From: an uncultured Lentisphaeria bacterium
GTDB taxonomy: Bacteria > Verrucomicrobiota > Lentisphaeria > Victivallales > Victivallaceae
NCBI GenBank assembly: GCA_903863035.1
Contig: CAIPAT010000167.1
Span: forward strand, 1,963 to 65,962
Direction: 5' to 3'
Length of the DNA: 64,000 bases
Part shown: positions 9,265 through 19,111 of the stretch, in pieces
Numbering within the stretch: the stretch's first letter is position 1
How the letters are laid out: each line of letters begins with the position of its first letter
Position numbers and translations under genes: made by a program
The notes under the pieces: model-generated
What the model was told of the DNA's origin: nothing
Database searches by the model: none
The model's input: the letters and a program-made list of their open reading frames with translations, nothing else

Positions 9265-11763
9265 TTATGCGTCCTTCACAGCGGCATAGACCTCCACTGC
9301 CTTTTTCGTGATTCCATGGTCCTGGCACAACCCTTCGATACTGCTCTCGGAGCAATCTAACGCGCTGCTTACGGCCTTTATCGTGCCATGTTTTAGCCGC
9401 AACTCAAGCAGCGCTTGGTGCTGGGTTTCCCCGTTAAGGCCTTTCAATCCAGCAAAGGTCGTCGGAAGCGTCCCGGCATATACCTGAGTCTGTCCAGCGT
9501 TAGAACCGTCAGATTCAGCTTTTACTTCCGATGGATCTGCCGTACTGTTAATCTCACAATCCGGCGTAGGGGGCTTTTTTTCACCGGATAGTTCCAGCTT
9601 GGCTTTGTATTCCACCAGCTTTTTTTCAATAAGCGCTTGCAGATCACTGTAATCAGAATATTCTGATGAAAGATTCTGTACAGTATCCGAAAGAGTCCAC
9701 TGGATGTAAAACGGCCGCATATCACTAGCCGAAAGATGGCGTCCTTTACCGACCTCGACATAAACCTTTCGAACAGAACTGTTCATCCGGGCCATCGCTT
9801 CGGTCGCGTCCTGTAATTTACCATAAACAGCAAGATCATTGCGGATTTCACTGGGTAACGCCTGAACGATCTCATCGCGGACTTGGTCAGTAAGAGTTAT
9901 GTGCCACCTAGAATCAGCATCATTTAAAATGGCGCTTGTTCCGTAACTGTCACCGCCTAAATTGTCATGGTGTATTAGAAAGATAGTAATCCCAAGCGCT
10001 TTAAGGGCTCCGAACCATGGCTTTATTTTATCATACCCACTTTTGGTCGTCGCCGAAGGCATGACCGATAAAATATTGTCGATGATAATTACCCATTGCG
10101 ATGTTCCATCCGGATCCAATTCGGCTAATCTGCTGACGATGGCTTCCTGTTCAGACAGTTTGCAAATGTCGTCAGCAGGCTTGTAGAATGTAAGCATACC
10201 CTTGGGGATTGGCTTGCCAAACAAGCGGTCAATTCTTTTCTGGCGCATTTGTAAATCGTCATGGGGCACATCTCCTTCCTGTATTTCATTCTGGAGATAA
10301 AAAAAACTGAATTGCGTTCCTGGCGGAGATGCTAGCGGCTCGCCAAAGTTAGGAGCGTCGCCGCGTATAAGGATATTAGCAATAAATTGAGAGAGCAGTG
10401 TCTTCCCTGTGCCGTTCGGACTATGCATGAGGTGAATGCGTCCTTGCTGGACAGATTGTCCCAAAATAGTAGCCCCGACAGTTGCGGGGGGGCGCCAATT
10501 GAGCCCAATGCCGCAATTCTCGTAGACTAAGTTGTCTGGGATTTCCACTTTATACCGCTGGCAGAGCAATCCTATCCGCCCTTCATCAATTATATCACAG
10601 TGAATAGTATCTAAAATCTTGAAATGGAAAAAACCCTGTGATTTCAGCGTTGAAAAAAATTTCAACATGGATTCTACCGCACGTTTTCCATCTTTTTCAT
10701 TATCCGCCAGCTTGAGCAAATAATAAAACGTTTTTCCAAGTAGCGGGGTCAAATCTGTCCGCGCGATACCAGCCGCACCACCCAGCCAGCTAACCACGGC
10801 AATTTTTTTATTGTCGCCGTTGATGCTGGATATATGTAAATATTCCGTGACGACGATAGGATTGCCGCTCTCAAGGTTTTGCCTGTCAAGCGGCATCTTA
10901 TGTGCCGGTGCTGACAGGAATGATGTGGGGTGATCCTCATCTTTGTACTGCCAATATGAAACCGAACAACAGAATGGAATTTCAGCCGCGTGTTTAAGCC
11001 AAAGTCCCCGCATTCCTAAAGCAGTAACTGGATCGAGAAAATACTCGATGGCTGTATATGCCAACTTTGACTTTGACGGGATCTCCGGCTCACTTAACGT
11101 TTCAGTCCAGTACTCGGGCGGCAATCCATGTATGGGGGTTAGAAGGTCCGATCGGGTCGCAAAACCGCGCTCGAATAATTCTGCTGCCACCATGTCTATT
11201 GTGTATTCACGCCTTCTTAGTACTGACCACTTCATTGCTAACAACGTCAACTGCGGGAAAAATGGCTCCGTGCCGCCGGGTTGCATATTAGATATTAGAT
11301 TCAGATTAAAACTTTTATCTTCGCGGCAGGGCGGTTGTTCCCATCCTGATGAAATGTTGTTATGTTGCCGATAGCCAAGGTACAATAGTTTATCTTTCTC
11401 CAGAGTTGAAGCCTTCAGCCCAAGTTCCACAGGTGTAAAAACATTACCACCTTTGTTCGCAATATCTTTTTGCCTGACTGGAATCTCACGCGGCACATCC
11501 CCGAAAACAGTAAAATCTTCAGGACTTAATCCGATAATATAGTCTCCGTGCGGGCAGAAAAATTCATAATTATCTCTGCGTGTAAACAGTGCTCTTCTTT
11601 GTTGATTGTCACAAAGCATTCGATGGACAGTAATCTCTGCGTCGGTCAGGTTCTGTATCCTTTGCAGCGCAATGTCGTTGCTGGGATATAAGTTGTTTGG
11701 GTAATCAATCATCGTGGTTAAATTAAAAAAAACTGCGTCAGATTTATCGATCTTATCGTTCAT
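9265..11763 (-). CDS. RecA-fold AAA ATPase (AAA_25/RepA-like) with a large N-terminal domain of unknown function and a C-terminal HTH-like tail
   Basis: 832 aa. Walker A is HSPNGTGKT and Walker B is WVIIIDNILS, followed by ITIFLIHHDN (RepA/DnaB-like sensor block). The N-terminal ~430 aa are not recognisable to me. Confidence 0.6.
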   Translation of the reverse strand: MNDKIDKSDAVFFNLTTMIDYPNNLYPSNDIALQRIQNLTDAEITVHRMLCDNQQRRALFTRRDNYEFFCPHGDYIIGLSPEDFTVFGDVPREIPVRQKDIANKGGNVFTPVELGLKASTLEKDKLLYLGYRQHNNISSGWEQPPCREDKSFNLNLISNMQPGGTEPFFPQLTLLAMKWSVLRRREYTIDMVAAELFERGFATRSDLLTPIHGLPPEYWTETLSEPEIPSKSKLAYTAIEYFLDPVTALGMRGLWLKHAAEIPFCCSVSYWQYKDEDHPTSFLSAPAHKMPLDRQNLESGNPIVVTEYLHISSINGDNKKIAVVSWLGGAAGIARTDLTPLLGKTFYYLLKLADNEKDGKRAVESMLKFFSTLKSQGFFHFKILDTIHCDIIDEGRIGLLCQRYKVEIPDNLVYENCGIGLNWRPPATVGATILGQSVQQGRIHLMHSPNGTGKTLLSQFIANILIRGDAPNFGEPLASPPGTQFSFFYLQNEIQEGDVPHDDLQMRQKRIDRLFGKPIPKGMLTFYKPADDICKLSEQEAIVSRLAELDPDGTSQWVIIIDNILSVMPSATTKSGYDKIKPWFGALKALGITIFLIHHDNLGGDSYGTSAILNDADSRWHITLTDQVRDEIVQALPSEIRNDLAVYGKLQDATEAMARMNSSVRKVYVEVGKGRHLSASDMRPFYIQWTLSDTVQNLSSEYSDYSDLQALIEKKLVEYKAKLELSGEKKPPTPDCEINSTADPSEVKAESDGSNAGQTQVYAGTLPTTFAGLKGLNGETQHQALLELRLKHGTIKAVSSALDCSESSIEGLCQDHGITKKAVEVYAAVKDA

Positions 11764-11988
11764 TTTTTTCAGCTCCTAGTTCAATTAAAAATTCTACAAC
11801 GAAAGGGATCGCCTTGAGGCGAAAAATCCCGTCAACAGTACTTATAAAAGCACAATTATGGAAATTTCTGTCGGGAATATAACGCTATATTGCGGTAACT
11901 GACGTTACCATAATAAAGGTTAAATACCGACAATGGAGGGTCCGCAGAGCTGACGCCTTTGATGGCATCAGCTCCGGGAAAGTCACAG

Positions 11989-12309
11989 TTACGTGGAAGG
12001 TTTCCAGCGGCAACGCTCAAGCCACGCGTCTACCGAGGCACGTTCTATGAGAACCTTGCCACTTCTGGACGAGCTGAGTTTGCTGCTTTTGATTTTTCCC
12101 GCTTTTATGGCGCGTGCAAGAGTCCAACGGCCGCATCCAGAGTATTTCTCTGCGGCGTCAACGGATAACCAGCGTTGCATATCAGACGGGTTGTCCATTC
12201 GAGGATCAAAAGATTTGGATTTCTCCAGTAGAACGGATAGATTAAGATTCCAGGGGGCGATGAGACCATTGACAGCCTCTTCGATATTCTTTGGTAATGT
12301 ATTTGACAT
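11989..12309 (-). CDS. Excisionase-family / AlpA-like helix-turn-helix DNA-binding protein
   Basis: 106 aa. WLSVDAAEKYSGCGRWTLARAIKAGKIKSSKL....VLIERASVDAWL is an HTH_17-type pattern. It is the first gene of the replication operon, downstream of int. Confidence 0.6.
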   Translation of the reverse strand: MSNTLPKNIEEAVNGLIAPWNLNLSVLLEKSKSFDPRMDNPSDMQRWLSVDAAEKYSGCGRWTLARAIKAGKIKSSKLSSSRSGKVLIERASVDAWLERCRWKPST

Positions 12310-12511
12310 AAGTTTAACCTTAATGTTACTGATTTACTTGCCTAAAATTCTTGATTGTAATGGTGATACGTATTACGATCAAATTATCAACAATAACATC
12401 TTGCCGCGATTACTCGCGGAACTGATTTTGGATAGCCAGGACTATTCATTATGAATGCCCCGCATCAGTTCGGATATGCAGTTTAGGCCAACCCGAACTT
12501 TCGGCTGAGAG

Positions 12512-12536
12512 ATATTTTTGTTTTAAACAAAAATAT
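12512..12536. promoter_or_regulatory. Perfect 25-nt palindrome in the int-xis spacer
   Basis: atatttttgttt-t-aaacaaaaatat has 12-nt arms and a single central nucleotide. It lies in a 683-bp region with no ORF of 60 aa or more. It could be an operator or a structural element. Confidence 0.4.
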
Positions 12537-12992
12537 AAAGGCAAGTATGTGCTCGCGTTTTGGGATGAATCAGCACTCAGATTATAGTCTGATAATCGGC
12601 GTTCGCGACTGGAGATTAACGCCGAGAAGACTTAGGTTAAACTGTTTTTTAAGTTATAGAAATTATCCTTTGCTAATATTGTTGTTAATACTATAAGCAT
12701 TTATTTCTAGATTGTCAATGCCTAATCAAAAAACAACAGCAAAAAAGAATGAAACTAAAATTTGAAAATTGAAGAAGTCCAACAGCCGTCGTGTCACCGG
12801 TTGCTCGATGAATAGTCACCGGCGCGAGGCGCTTTCCTGTTTCTGCGATTGTAACGGGGGATACGGCTGGTTTCTGAACGATTCGGCCAGCCACTTAACG
12901 AGGTTTTTGGCGGTGCGGTCAGAGCCCCGATCGCTCAACGAATATTAGCGAGGTATGAAATTCCGAACACCGCGACTCTGAGTCGGGGAAAT

Positions 12993-14537
12993 TCATTTCG
13001 TTTTTTGCGCAAATTTCAAAAATTCCTTTATTACTTCAATCGGGAGTGAATCTGCCAGTTGCTTTAACCGCTCGCGTTCTGGTTCCGGCGGTGCAATCTG
13101 CTTTACCGGCTTTACGGTCATGCCCATAAAGTCCGGCAGCAACTCCATTTTCGTGCGTTTGGCTTCGCGGGTGGCATGAGCACTGTAGTGTTTGGTCATT
13201 TCCGGCGACATATGACCGACTATGGACTGGACTACGCTCAATGGTATTCCGTACATTCCAGCATAATAACAAAAGGAGTGGCGGCATGAATGCAGATCTT
13301 TGATTGATACAACACGACTGCGGCCACCAACGTGTTTGGTGGTTGTAATGCCAAGCCCATCCAGAAACTGTTTGATCCGATATGATACGCCAGTTCGGTT
13401 CTCTTGGTATAGTTTTGCATGAAGTGGTAACACATAAGTTTTTCGTTTCAGTGTTTCAATTTCAGAATGAATATCCTTCTCTGATTCTTCCGTCAGCTCT
13501 GAAATTGCAATCTCTACGACCTTGGACAAACGGGAGATTTTTATCGATGTTCCTGTTGCAGATAAAATACCGTAGTCTTTATATACTTCTCCAGCCTTTG
13601 TTTTTAAAACATATCGGAATGATGTTTCGCCGTTCTTTACTTTTATGTCTTTTGCTTCAGCATCGGCCAATTGCTTCAATTCAAGTAGATACGTTTTCAG
13701 CGGTGGCAATATGGGAATTTCTACTATACCTCCGGTTTTATTCATCTGCCTGGTAATAAGGTCTGTTTCAAAATTGATTTCGGACCATTTTAACATACAT
13801 ATATCCCCCTCACGCAACGCAGTGGCTATCGCTATAATAAATAGCGGTTTTGTGAAGTCGTTTAGGTTATTGCGGATAAGTTTAAGTTCCTTTTCGGAAA
13901 ATGCTTCTCTGCTGGTAGTATTTTTGGAAAGTTTAGGAATATCGGTAAACGGGTTGTCAATCATTCCTGCGTCACGTCCCAGTAGCTGGAAGACTTCGCT
14001 TAATGTCTGCTGATAAGTGTTGATGGTTTTTCCGGATAAATTGCTGGTTGTTACTCCCGAAATCTCATTGGACCCACCTCGTTTATAGAGAATAGATTTA
14101 TTAAACCGCCCGTTTTCACGCAAATGCTGGATATATGCCTCGGCATGATTATGCTTGACATTAGGTAACGTAGTAACATCTGGATAACGATCCATCATAA
14201 AAGCAATAAAATCTGACCAATAGGCCTTTTTTGCCTTGACAAGCTCAGGAGATGGCTGATGTCGTTTGGGTTTTTGTAATGATAAGTCATAAGCATCTGT
14301 GAGCTGGATTTTTTCGCCTCCAGTCATTTCATTCCGGAAGTTTTCAACCAGAGCTCGAACGCTCTTTTGTTCCGCAAGTTTTTTTGCCGTTTCACGAATT
14401 GACTTCTCATATGCCAAAGCAGCACGTTCCGTGGTACAAGCCTCGCAGACGCCATAATGCCGTTTCCCGCCTTGCATAAATTCATAATGATATTCTTCTG
14501 ATTGCCCGGCTGATGTATTGCGTTTTCGTATACTCAT
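12993..14537 (-). CDS. Tyrosine-type site-specific recombinase/integrase
   Basis: 514 aa. The C-terminal catalytic region includes TALREGDI (Arg), LHSCRHSFCYYAG (H-x-x-R) and VGHMSPEMTKHYSAH (His ... Tyr). It is adjacent to the tRNA remnant. Confidence 0.9.
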   Translation of the reverse strand: MSIRKRNTSAGQSEEYHYEFMQGGKRHYGVCEACTTERAALAYEKSIRETAKKLAEQKSVRALVENFRNEMTGGEKIQLTDAYDLSLQKPKRHQPSPELVKAKKAYWSDFIAFMMDRYPDVTTLPNVKHNHAEAYIQHLRENGRFNKSILYKRGGSNEISGVTTSNLSGKTINTYQQTLSEVFQLLGRDAGMIDNPFTDIPKLSKNTTSREAFSEKELKLIRNNLNDFTKPLFIIAIATALREGDICMLKWSEINFETDLITRQMNKTGGIVEIPILPPLKTYLLELKQLADAEAKDIKVKNGETSFRYVLKTKAGEVYKDYGILSATGTSIKISRLSKVVEIAISELTEESEKDIHSEIETLKRKTYVLPLHAKLYQENRTGVSYRIKQFLDGLGITTTKHVGGRSRVVSIKDLHSCRHSFCYYAGMYGIPLSVVQSIVGHMSPEMTKHYSAHATREAKRTKMELLPDFMGMTVKPVKQIAPPEPERERLKQLADSLPIEVIKEFLKFAQKTK

Positions 14538-14669
14538 GCTAAATTATTTCCATTGTCAGAGATGATATTTGCTGATGTCAATACTTGCAAATATATCACT
14601 CAAAATGCTGCTCGTCAAACATTAATTACGGCATTTTTACGGCATTTGACTATTTTTCTGGCTATTCAA

Positions 14670-14719
14670 CTTGGCTACGGACCAGAAGGTTAGGGGTTCA
14701 AATCCCTTCGGGCGTACCA
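14670..14719 (+). pseudogene. tRNA-Arg(ACG)-like 3' remnant (anticodon arm to CCA); putative att site of the element
   Basis: cttgg-CTACGGA-ccaga aggtt agggg-ttcaaat-ccctt cgggcgt-a-cca. It has a good T-arm, an acceptor 3' strand plus discriminator plus CCA, and a loop with ACG at anticodon positions. No complementary acceptor 5' strand (ACGCCCG/GCGCCCG) or D-arm is present upstream, so this is not a complete tRNA. Confidence 0.55.
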
Positions 14720-14800
14720 TTTATAACTTGCTTTAAATTAAAGACTTACAGCTCAGAACACTTCCTGCATAAATATCTTAAAAAGATACCATGTCTATCC

Positions 14801-15060
14801 TATATCCAACTTTCTCCAATTTTCCAGTAATTTGGGATTGTTTTTTTTCGATCCGATTGACTGCGATATGAATATCATCTGAATGAGGAACGGATCAAGA
14901 CAGCCGCAATACGCTAGTTCCGCAATTGCGGGATTGCGATCTTTAGAGTTTGGATTAGCTCTTTTCGAGGCCTTGGATACCCCGATCGGCAGCCTCTCAG
15001 AATACGAACCAATTCTCAAAATCTTCGCAATCCATGTTAAATTTTCAGCCGTGCAGAGTA
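14801..15060 (-). mobile_element. MITE copy A (one intact TIR at 15037-15060; the other end is degenerate)
   Basis: The reverse complement aligns with copies B and C across the conserved core (tactctgcacggctgaaaatttaacatggattgcgaagattttgagaattggttcgtattctgagagg...). TA at 15061-15062 flanks the intact end. The left end around 14801 has diverged. Confidence 0.6.
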
Positions 15061-15199
15061 TAAAATTATCCTTATGGTTTTGTAAATGTATAATTATAAA
15101 TATTCAAAAGAGAATGAGTAAATTCGGCAGTGCCGGAATGGGAAAATAGCATTTTTCATGTTGACATGCCGGCTGATAACAGGCTGGCGAGATGAGGCG

Positions 15200-15240
15200 A
15201 AAAAAACCGGAACAGGAAATGGGGGGAATTCCTGTTCCGG
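15200..15240 (-). terminator. Rho-independent terminator downstream of the 15279..15887 gene
   Basis: A 10-bp stem ccggaacagg/cctgttccgg (15207-15216 / 15231-15240) is followed on the minus strand by T7 (15200-15206). Confidence 0.7.
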
Positions 15241-15278
15241 CGGAGAATGAGCACGGGGTGATATAGTGTTGAGTTTGC

Positions 15279-15887
15279 CTAGTAAAACATTTCCGGATTC
15301 TTTGAAAGTTCCTTAATTTTGTTTTCAATCATTTGATTTTTATTTTCGAGCCGTTTCTGGTATTCCGCCTTGAATTTGGCGAGTTTATCCTGCATCGCCT
15401 TAAGTTTATCTTCGCCTTGAGCGATTAGCTTTTTTTCCATGTCAAGCCGCTCATTCAACTTTTCCGTAATTCTCGCTTTAATTGCGTCAAGCTGTTTTGG
15501 ATCCTGGCTGTTTTTGTATTCGGCGATCATATCACGGATTCTTTCTCTTTCCGTTTTCTGTTCATCCCATATTTTTTTCTTGAGCGCCTGCATCTGAGTC
15601 CTGGCTTTTTCCGGATCGTCTTTTCTGATTTTATTAATAGCTTCAACTTCCTGCGGATATTTCTCTTTCAATACAAACTCAACAATCCTCTCCCGTTCGA
15701 ATTCGCGCCCTTCGCGCAGTTCAGGATGCTTTGCATTTCGTATCTTCGGTTCTTTCCCGCTATTGTCGCCGGGTTTGCCGGCAGAAGGTCTGTCTGCAGA
15801 AACCGGAGTGTCTTCAGCATAAGTTCCGGCCATGCCAAGAGCAATAATCCCCGCGGCGGTCATTGCGGTTAAAAAACTGCTGTTCAT
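15279..15887 (-). CDS. Secreted coiled-coil protein, hypothetical
   Basis: 202 aa. It has an N-terminal signal-like segment MNSSFLTAMTAAGIIALGMAGTYA, followed by highly charged K/E-rich heptad-like sequence. Confidence 0.6.
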   Translation of the reverse strand: MNSSFLTAMTAAGIIALGMAGTYAEDTPVSADRPSAGKPGDNSGKEPKIRNAKHPELREGREFERERIVEFVLKEKYPQEVEAINKIRKDDPEKARTQMQALKKKIWDEQKTERERIRDMIAEYKNSQDPKQLDAIKARITEKLNERLDMEKKLIAQGEDKLKAMQDKLAKFKAEYQKRLENKNQMIENKIKELSKNPEMFY

Positions 15888-15990
15888 TTTTATCTCCGAT
15901 TCTATTTTTATTCGTCTACTTTATTTAACTATTAAACGCAACAATAATTGATATTATTGTGTCTTTTTTTTCAAAAAAAGTTCTTTTCAT

Positions 15991-16024
15991 AATAAACGGG
16001 TAGAACGCCGAAGCCTTCTACCCG
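15991..16024 (-). terminator. Terminator downstream of serS
   Basis: A 9-bp stem cgggtagaa/ttctacccg (15997-16005 / 16016-16024) is followed on the minus strand by TTTATT. It lies 24 nt after the serS stop. Confidence 0.55.
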
Positions 16025-16047
16025 TCCGTGATAAAGCTATGATCTGT

Positions 16048-17295
16048 TTATTTTACAGGTTCAATCCGGTCGAAACCGGTAAGAGACCGGAGAACTTCCG
16101 GAATAATGACGGAGCCGTCAGCCTGCTGATTGTTTTCCAGAATGGCGATAGCCACCCGGTCAGTTACCGCAGTAGCGCTGATCGTATGAACAAAATTCTT
16201 ATTGCCGTCTTTATCTTTAAACCTGATATTCAGGCGGCGCGCCTGAAAATCCGTCAGATTGGTATTGGAAGTGACTTCGCGATAAGTGCCGAATCCGGCA
16301 AAATAAGCTTCGATATCATACTTCTTGTACCCTGGCGCACCCATATCGCCGACACAGACATTCACCACGCGGTACGGAATGCCTAGTTGTCTTAACAGGA
16401 GTTCTTCGTTTTCCAGACAGAATTCGTGATATTTCACCGAGTCTTCGGGGCGGCAGAACACAATCTGTTCTACTTTATGGAACTGGTGAACCCGGAAAAT
16501 ACCACGGGATGCTTTGCCGTAGCTGCCGGCTTCAGTGCGGAAACACGGAGTAAAAGCAGAATACATCAGCGGCAGCTTTTCGCCTTCCAGCAATTCATCG
16601 GCGTGATAGCCGACCAGCGTCTGTTCGGAAGTTCCGATCAGCGCCAAATCTGAATCTTTAAGTCCGAAAGTCTGATCGGCGAAAAACGGCAGATAGCCGG
16701 TTCCGAACAGCGTCTTCTCCTTGGCTACGCAAGGAGTTAAGAAAGTGGTAAATCCTCTGGCATTAAGCTGCTGCTGCACCCAGAAATACATGGCATTGCA
16801 TAACTGCGCACCTTTGCCTTTCCAGTAATAAAATCCGGCCTGGGCAACTTTCGCGCCGCGTTGAGTGTCAATGATGTCCAGCATCTCGCCGAGTTCCTGA
16901 TGGTCTCTCGGTTTGAATGTGAACTGGGGCAGTACGCCTTCTTTGCGCAATTCAAAATTATCGGCATCATCCTTGCCGTCCGGAACTGACACATCAAGCA
17001 TATTCGGCAGCCAGCTCATCTTCTCGTCCAGTATATCGCTGAGTTCGACCATCAAAGCTTCAAGCCGGGCCAGTTCATCTTTCATGCTCTTGACCTGCTC
17101 ACGGGCTTCCGGATTGTCGCGGCACTCTTTGCTCAGGCGGTTGCGCTCTGCGCGGAGGAGTTCAACTTTCTGGACGGCGGCACGATATTCGCTGTCAATG
17201 CGGACAAGTTCATCAATGTCCACGGTGCAGCCGCGGCGGCAGCAATTTTTCTTGACCAGTTCAGGATTTTCCCTGATGAGTTTTATGTCTATCAT
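16048..17295 (-). CDS. serS: Seryl-tRNA synthetase
   Basis: 415 aa. It has the N-terminal coiled-coil arm MIDIKLIRENPELVKKN... and class II core motifs (FRVHQFHKVE, GDMGAPGYKKYDIE). Confidence 0.95.
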   Translation of the reverse strand: MIDIKLIRENPELVKKNCCRRGCTVDIDELVRIDSEYRAAVQKVELLRAERNRLSKECRDNPEAREQVKSMKDELARLEALMVELSDILDEKMSWLPNMLDVSVPDGKDDADNFELRKEGVLPQFTFKPRDHQELGEMLDIIDTQRGAKVAQAGFYYWKGKGAQLCNAMYFWVQQQLNARGFTTFLTPCVAKEKTLFGTGYLPFFADQTFGLKDSDLALIGTSEQTLVGYHADELLEGEKLPLMYSAFTPCFRTEAGSYGKASRGIFRVHQFHKVEQIVFCRPEDSVKYHEFCLENEELLLRQLGIPYRVVNVCVGDMGAPGYKKYDIEAYFAGFGTYREVTSNTNLTDFQARRLNIRFKDKDGNKNFVHTISATAVTDRVAIAILENNQQADGSVIIPEVLRSLTGFDRIEPVK

Positions 17296-17310
17296 TGCTA
17301 TACCTCTTAA

Positions 17311-19032
17311 TTAAAAATGGGGGAGCGGAAAATTGCGGGTAAAGGCTTTGACCTCTTCGCCGATGGATCTCAGCACGGCTTCATCGCCTCTGGCCGTAAC
17401 TGCCCGGTCAATGAAATCCGCAATATGGACCATCTCAGCGTCCTTCATTCCGCGAGTAGTAACCGCCGGGGTGCCGATACGAATACCGCTGGTGACAAAC
17501 GGTTTTTCCGGGTCAAACGGAATCATGTTTTTGTTAACCGTAATCATCGCTTTATCCAGTGAATTGGCGACTTCTTTGCCGGTAGCGGATTTCGGCCTCA
17601 GGTCAACCAGCATCAGATGGTTGTCCGTACCGCCGGAGACAATCCGGAACCCGCGGTTCGACAGTTCCGCTGCGAGCTTGGCGGCATTTATTCTGACCTG
17701 CCGCTGATATATTTTGAACTCATCGCTCATTGCTTCTTTGAAACAGATCGCTTTGGCGGCGATTACGTGTTCCAGCGGACCGCCCTGAAGTCCCGGGAAA
17801 ACTTTGGAATTAATGGATTTAATGTATTCTTCTTTGCAGAGGATCAGACCGGAACGCGGTCCGCGCAATGTTTTGTGAGTGGTGGAGGAAACAACATCCG
17901 CATACGGAATCGGGCTGGGATGTTCGCCGGTGGCAACCAGGCCGGCGATATGAGCCATGTCAACGAATAATTTGGCCCCGACGGCATCGGCGATTTCGCG
18001 GAATTTCGGGAAATCAAGTGTGCGCGGGTAAGCGCTGGCACCAACCAGAATCATCTTCGGCTTGTGCTGTTCTGCCAAGCGTGCAACTTCATCATAATCA
18101 ATCATCTCAGTTTCCTGGCTGACGCCGTAGGGAACTATATTATACAGCATGCCGCTGAAATTCATCGGATGTCCGTGCGTCAGATGTCCGCCGTGATCAA
18201 GACTCATTGCCAGCACGGTGTCGCCTGGATTTACCAGCGCGAAATATACCGCCATGTTCGCCTGACTGCCGGAATGCGGCTGCACGTTGGCAGCTTCAGC
18301 GCCGAAGAGCTGGCAGGCGCGTTCGACAGCCAGCGATTCCACTTCGTCAATGAACTCACAACCATTGTAATAACGCTTCCCGGAGTAGCCTTCGGCATAT
18401 TTGTTGGTCAGAACCGAGCCCTGCGCGGCGCGAATAGCGGCGCTGGTGAAGTTCTCCGACGCGATCAGTTCGATGCCGCCTGCCTGACGATCAGCTTCGC
18501 GATCAATCATTGCCGCGATTTTCGGATCTGCATTTCTGATGGCGGCGATATCATCGTAAGAATTTATTTCTATTTTCTCCAGCCGTCTGGCATGGCGCTT
18601 ATCATTGCTGAACGGAGTAGCCAGCCATGCCTCGACAATATCCAGCGCCAGCGTGTCATTCAGCCGGTCGGCGGCCAGCACCAGCATATTGGTGCAGTTA
18701 TGTTCACGGCTTTTTTTCGCTAATTCAGGCTCCCCGGCAATCACTGCGCGGACGTTATGGAAGCGGTTGGCATTGATACCCATACCGACTCCGCTGCGGC
18801 AGATTAGCAATCCGCAGTCCGCCTTGCCCAGCGATACTGCCCTGGAGGCGTCTCCGGCAAAGTCCGGGTAGTCGTCCTGCGGATCCAGGGTGAACGGCCC
18901 GATATCCGTGATTTTGATGCCTTTCCCGGAAAGCGCGGCAACAAGTTTTTTCTTCATTTCAAACCCGCCGTGATCAGTAGCTACGACCATTGTAAGCGGT
19001 TGTTTGCCGTACCAGTCTTTAATTTCTACCAT
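17311..19032 (-). CDS. glyA: Fusion protein: ribose-5-phosphate isomerase B (RpiB/LacA/LacB family) plus serine hydroxymethyltransferase
   Basis: The ORF track starts at a GTG at 19041 that overlaps the AAGGAG. The ATG at 19032 has an 8-nt spacing, so I prefer it. The N-terminal ~150 aa carry [15 protein letters not shown]...[14 protein letters not shown]...[10 protein letters not shown]...RHARRLEKI (RpiB). The remainder is SHMT ([22 protein letters not shown]). Confidence 0.9.
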   Translation of the reverse strand: MVEIKDWYGKQPLTMVVATDHGGFEMKKKLVAALSGKGIKITDIGPFTLDPQDDYPDFAGDASRAVSLGKADCGLLICRSGVGMGINANRFHNVRAVIAGEPELAKKSREHNCTNMLVLAADRLNDTLALDIVEAWLATPFSNDKRHARRLEKIEINSYDDIAAIRNADPKIAAMIDREADRQAGGIELIASENFTSAAIRAAQGSVLTNKYAEGYSGKRYYNGCEFIDEVESLAVERACQLFGAEAANVQPHSGSQANMAVYFALVNPGDTVLAMSLDHGGHLTHGHPMNFSGMLYNIVPYGVSQETEMIDYDEVARLAEQHKPKMILVGASAYPRTLDFPKFREIADAVGAKLFVDMAHIAGLVATGEHPSPIPYADVVSSTTHKTLRGPRSGLILCKEEYIKSINSKVFPGLQGGPLEHVIAAKAICFKEAMSDEFKIYQRQVRINAAKLAAELSNRGFRIVSGGTDNHLMLVDLRPKSATGKEVANSLDKAMITVNKNMIPFDPEKPFVTSGIRIGTPAVTTRGMKDAEMVHIADFIDRAVTARGDEAVLRSIGEEVKAFTRNFPLPHF

Positions 19033-19111
19033 GATGAACACTCCTTATGTGAAAAATTGAATCTTTATATCTAAAAAAAATTAAACCCGTCAATATTGTT
19101 TTATATCTCAT

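Larger units (their letters stand above)
1..14719. mobile_element. Integrative mobile element (P4/satellite-like or small ICE-like); right boundary at the tRNA remnant, left boundary outside the window
   Basis: The gene order is int, xis/alpA-like, AAA ATPase, P4-type primase, iterons, Rep-like, then an accessory cargo region. A tRNA 3' fragment abuts int. Housekeeping genes (serS etc.) begin to the right. Confidence 0.7.

Noticed and set aside
14585-14830. 81-aa plus-strand ORF spanning the tRNA remnant, and the possibility of a complete tRNA gene here
   Set aside because: The ORF reads straight through tRNA-like sequence and has no RBS. A full tRNA is rejected because no acceptor 5' strand or D-arm precedes the anticodon arm, so only the 3' ~50 nt are tRNA-like.
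18064-18723. Long antisense ORFs inside well-supported genes. Examples are 18064..18723 in glyA, 26158..27081 in hisD, 58488..59177 in Memo-AMMECR1, 59377..59931 in the rSAM gene, 38477..39202 and 39326..40138 in the GH-like gene, and 47370..48110 in the kinase gene.
   Set aside because: These are shadow ORFs on the strand opposite genes with clear family motifs. Their translations are Arg/Gly/Ala-biased with no recognisable motifs or start signals.
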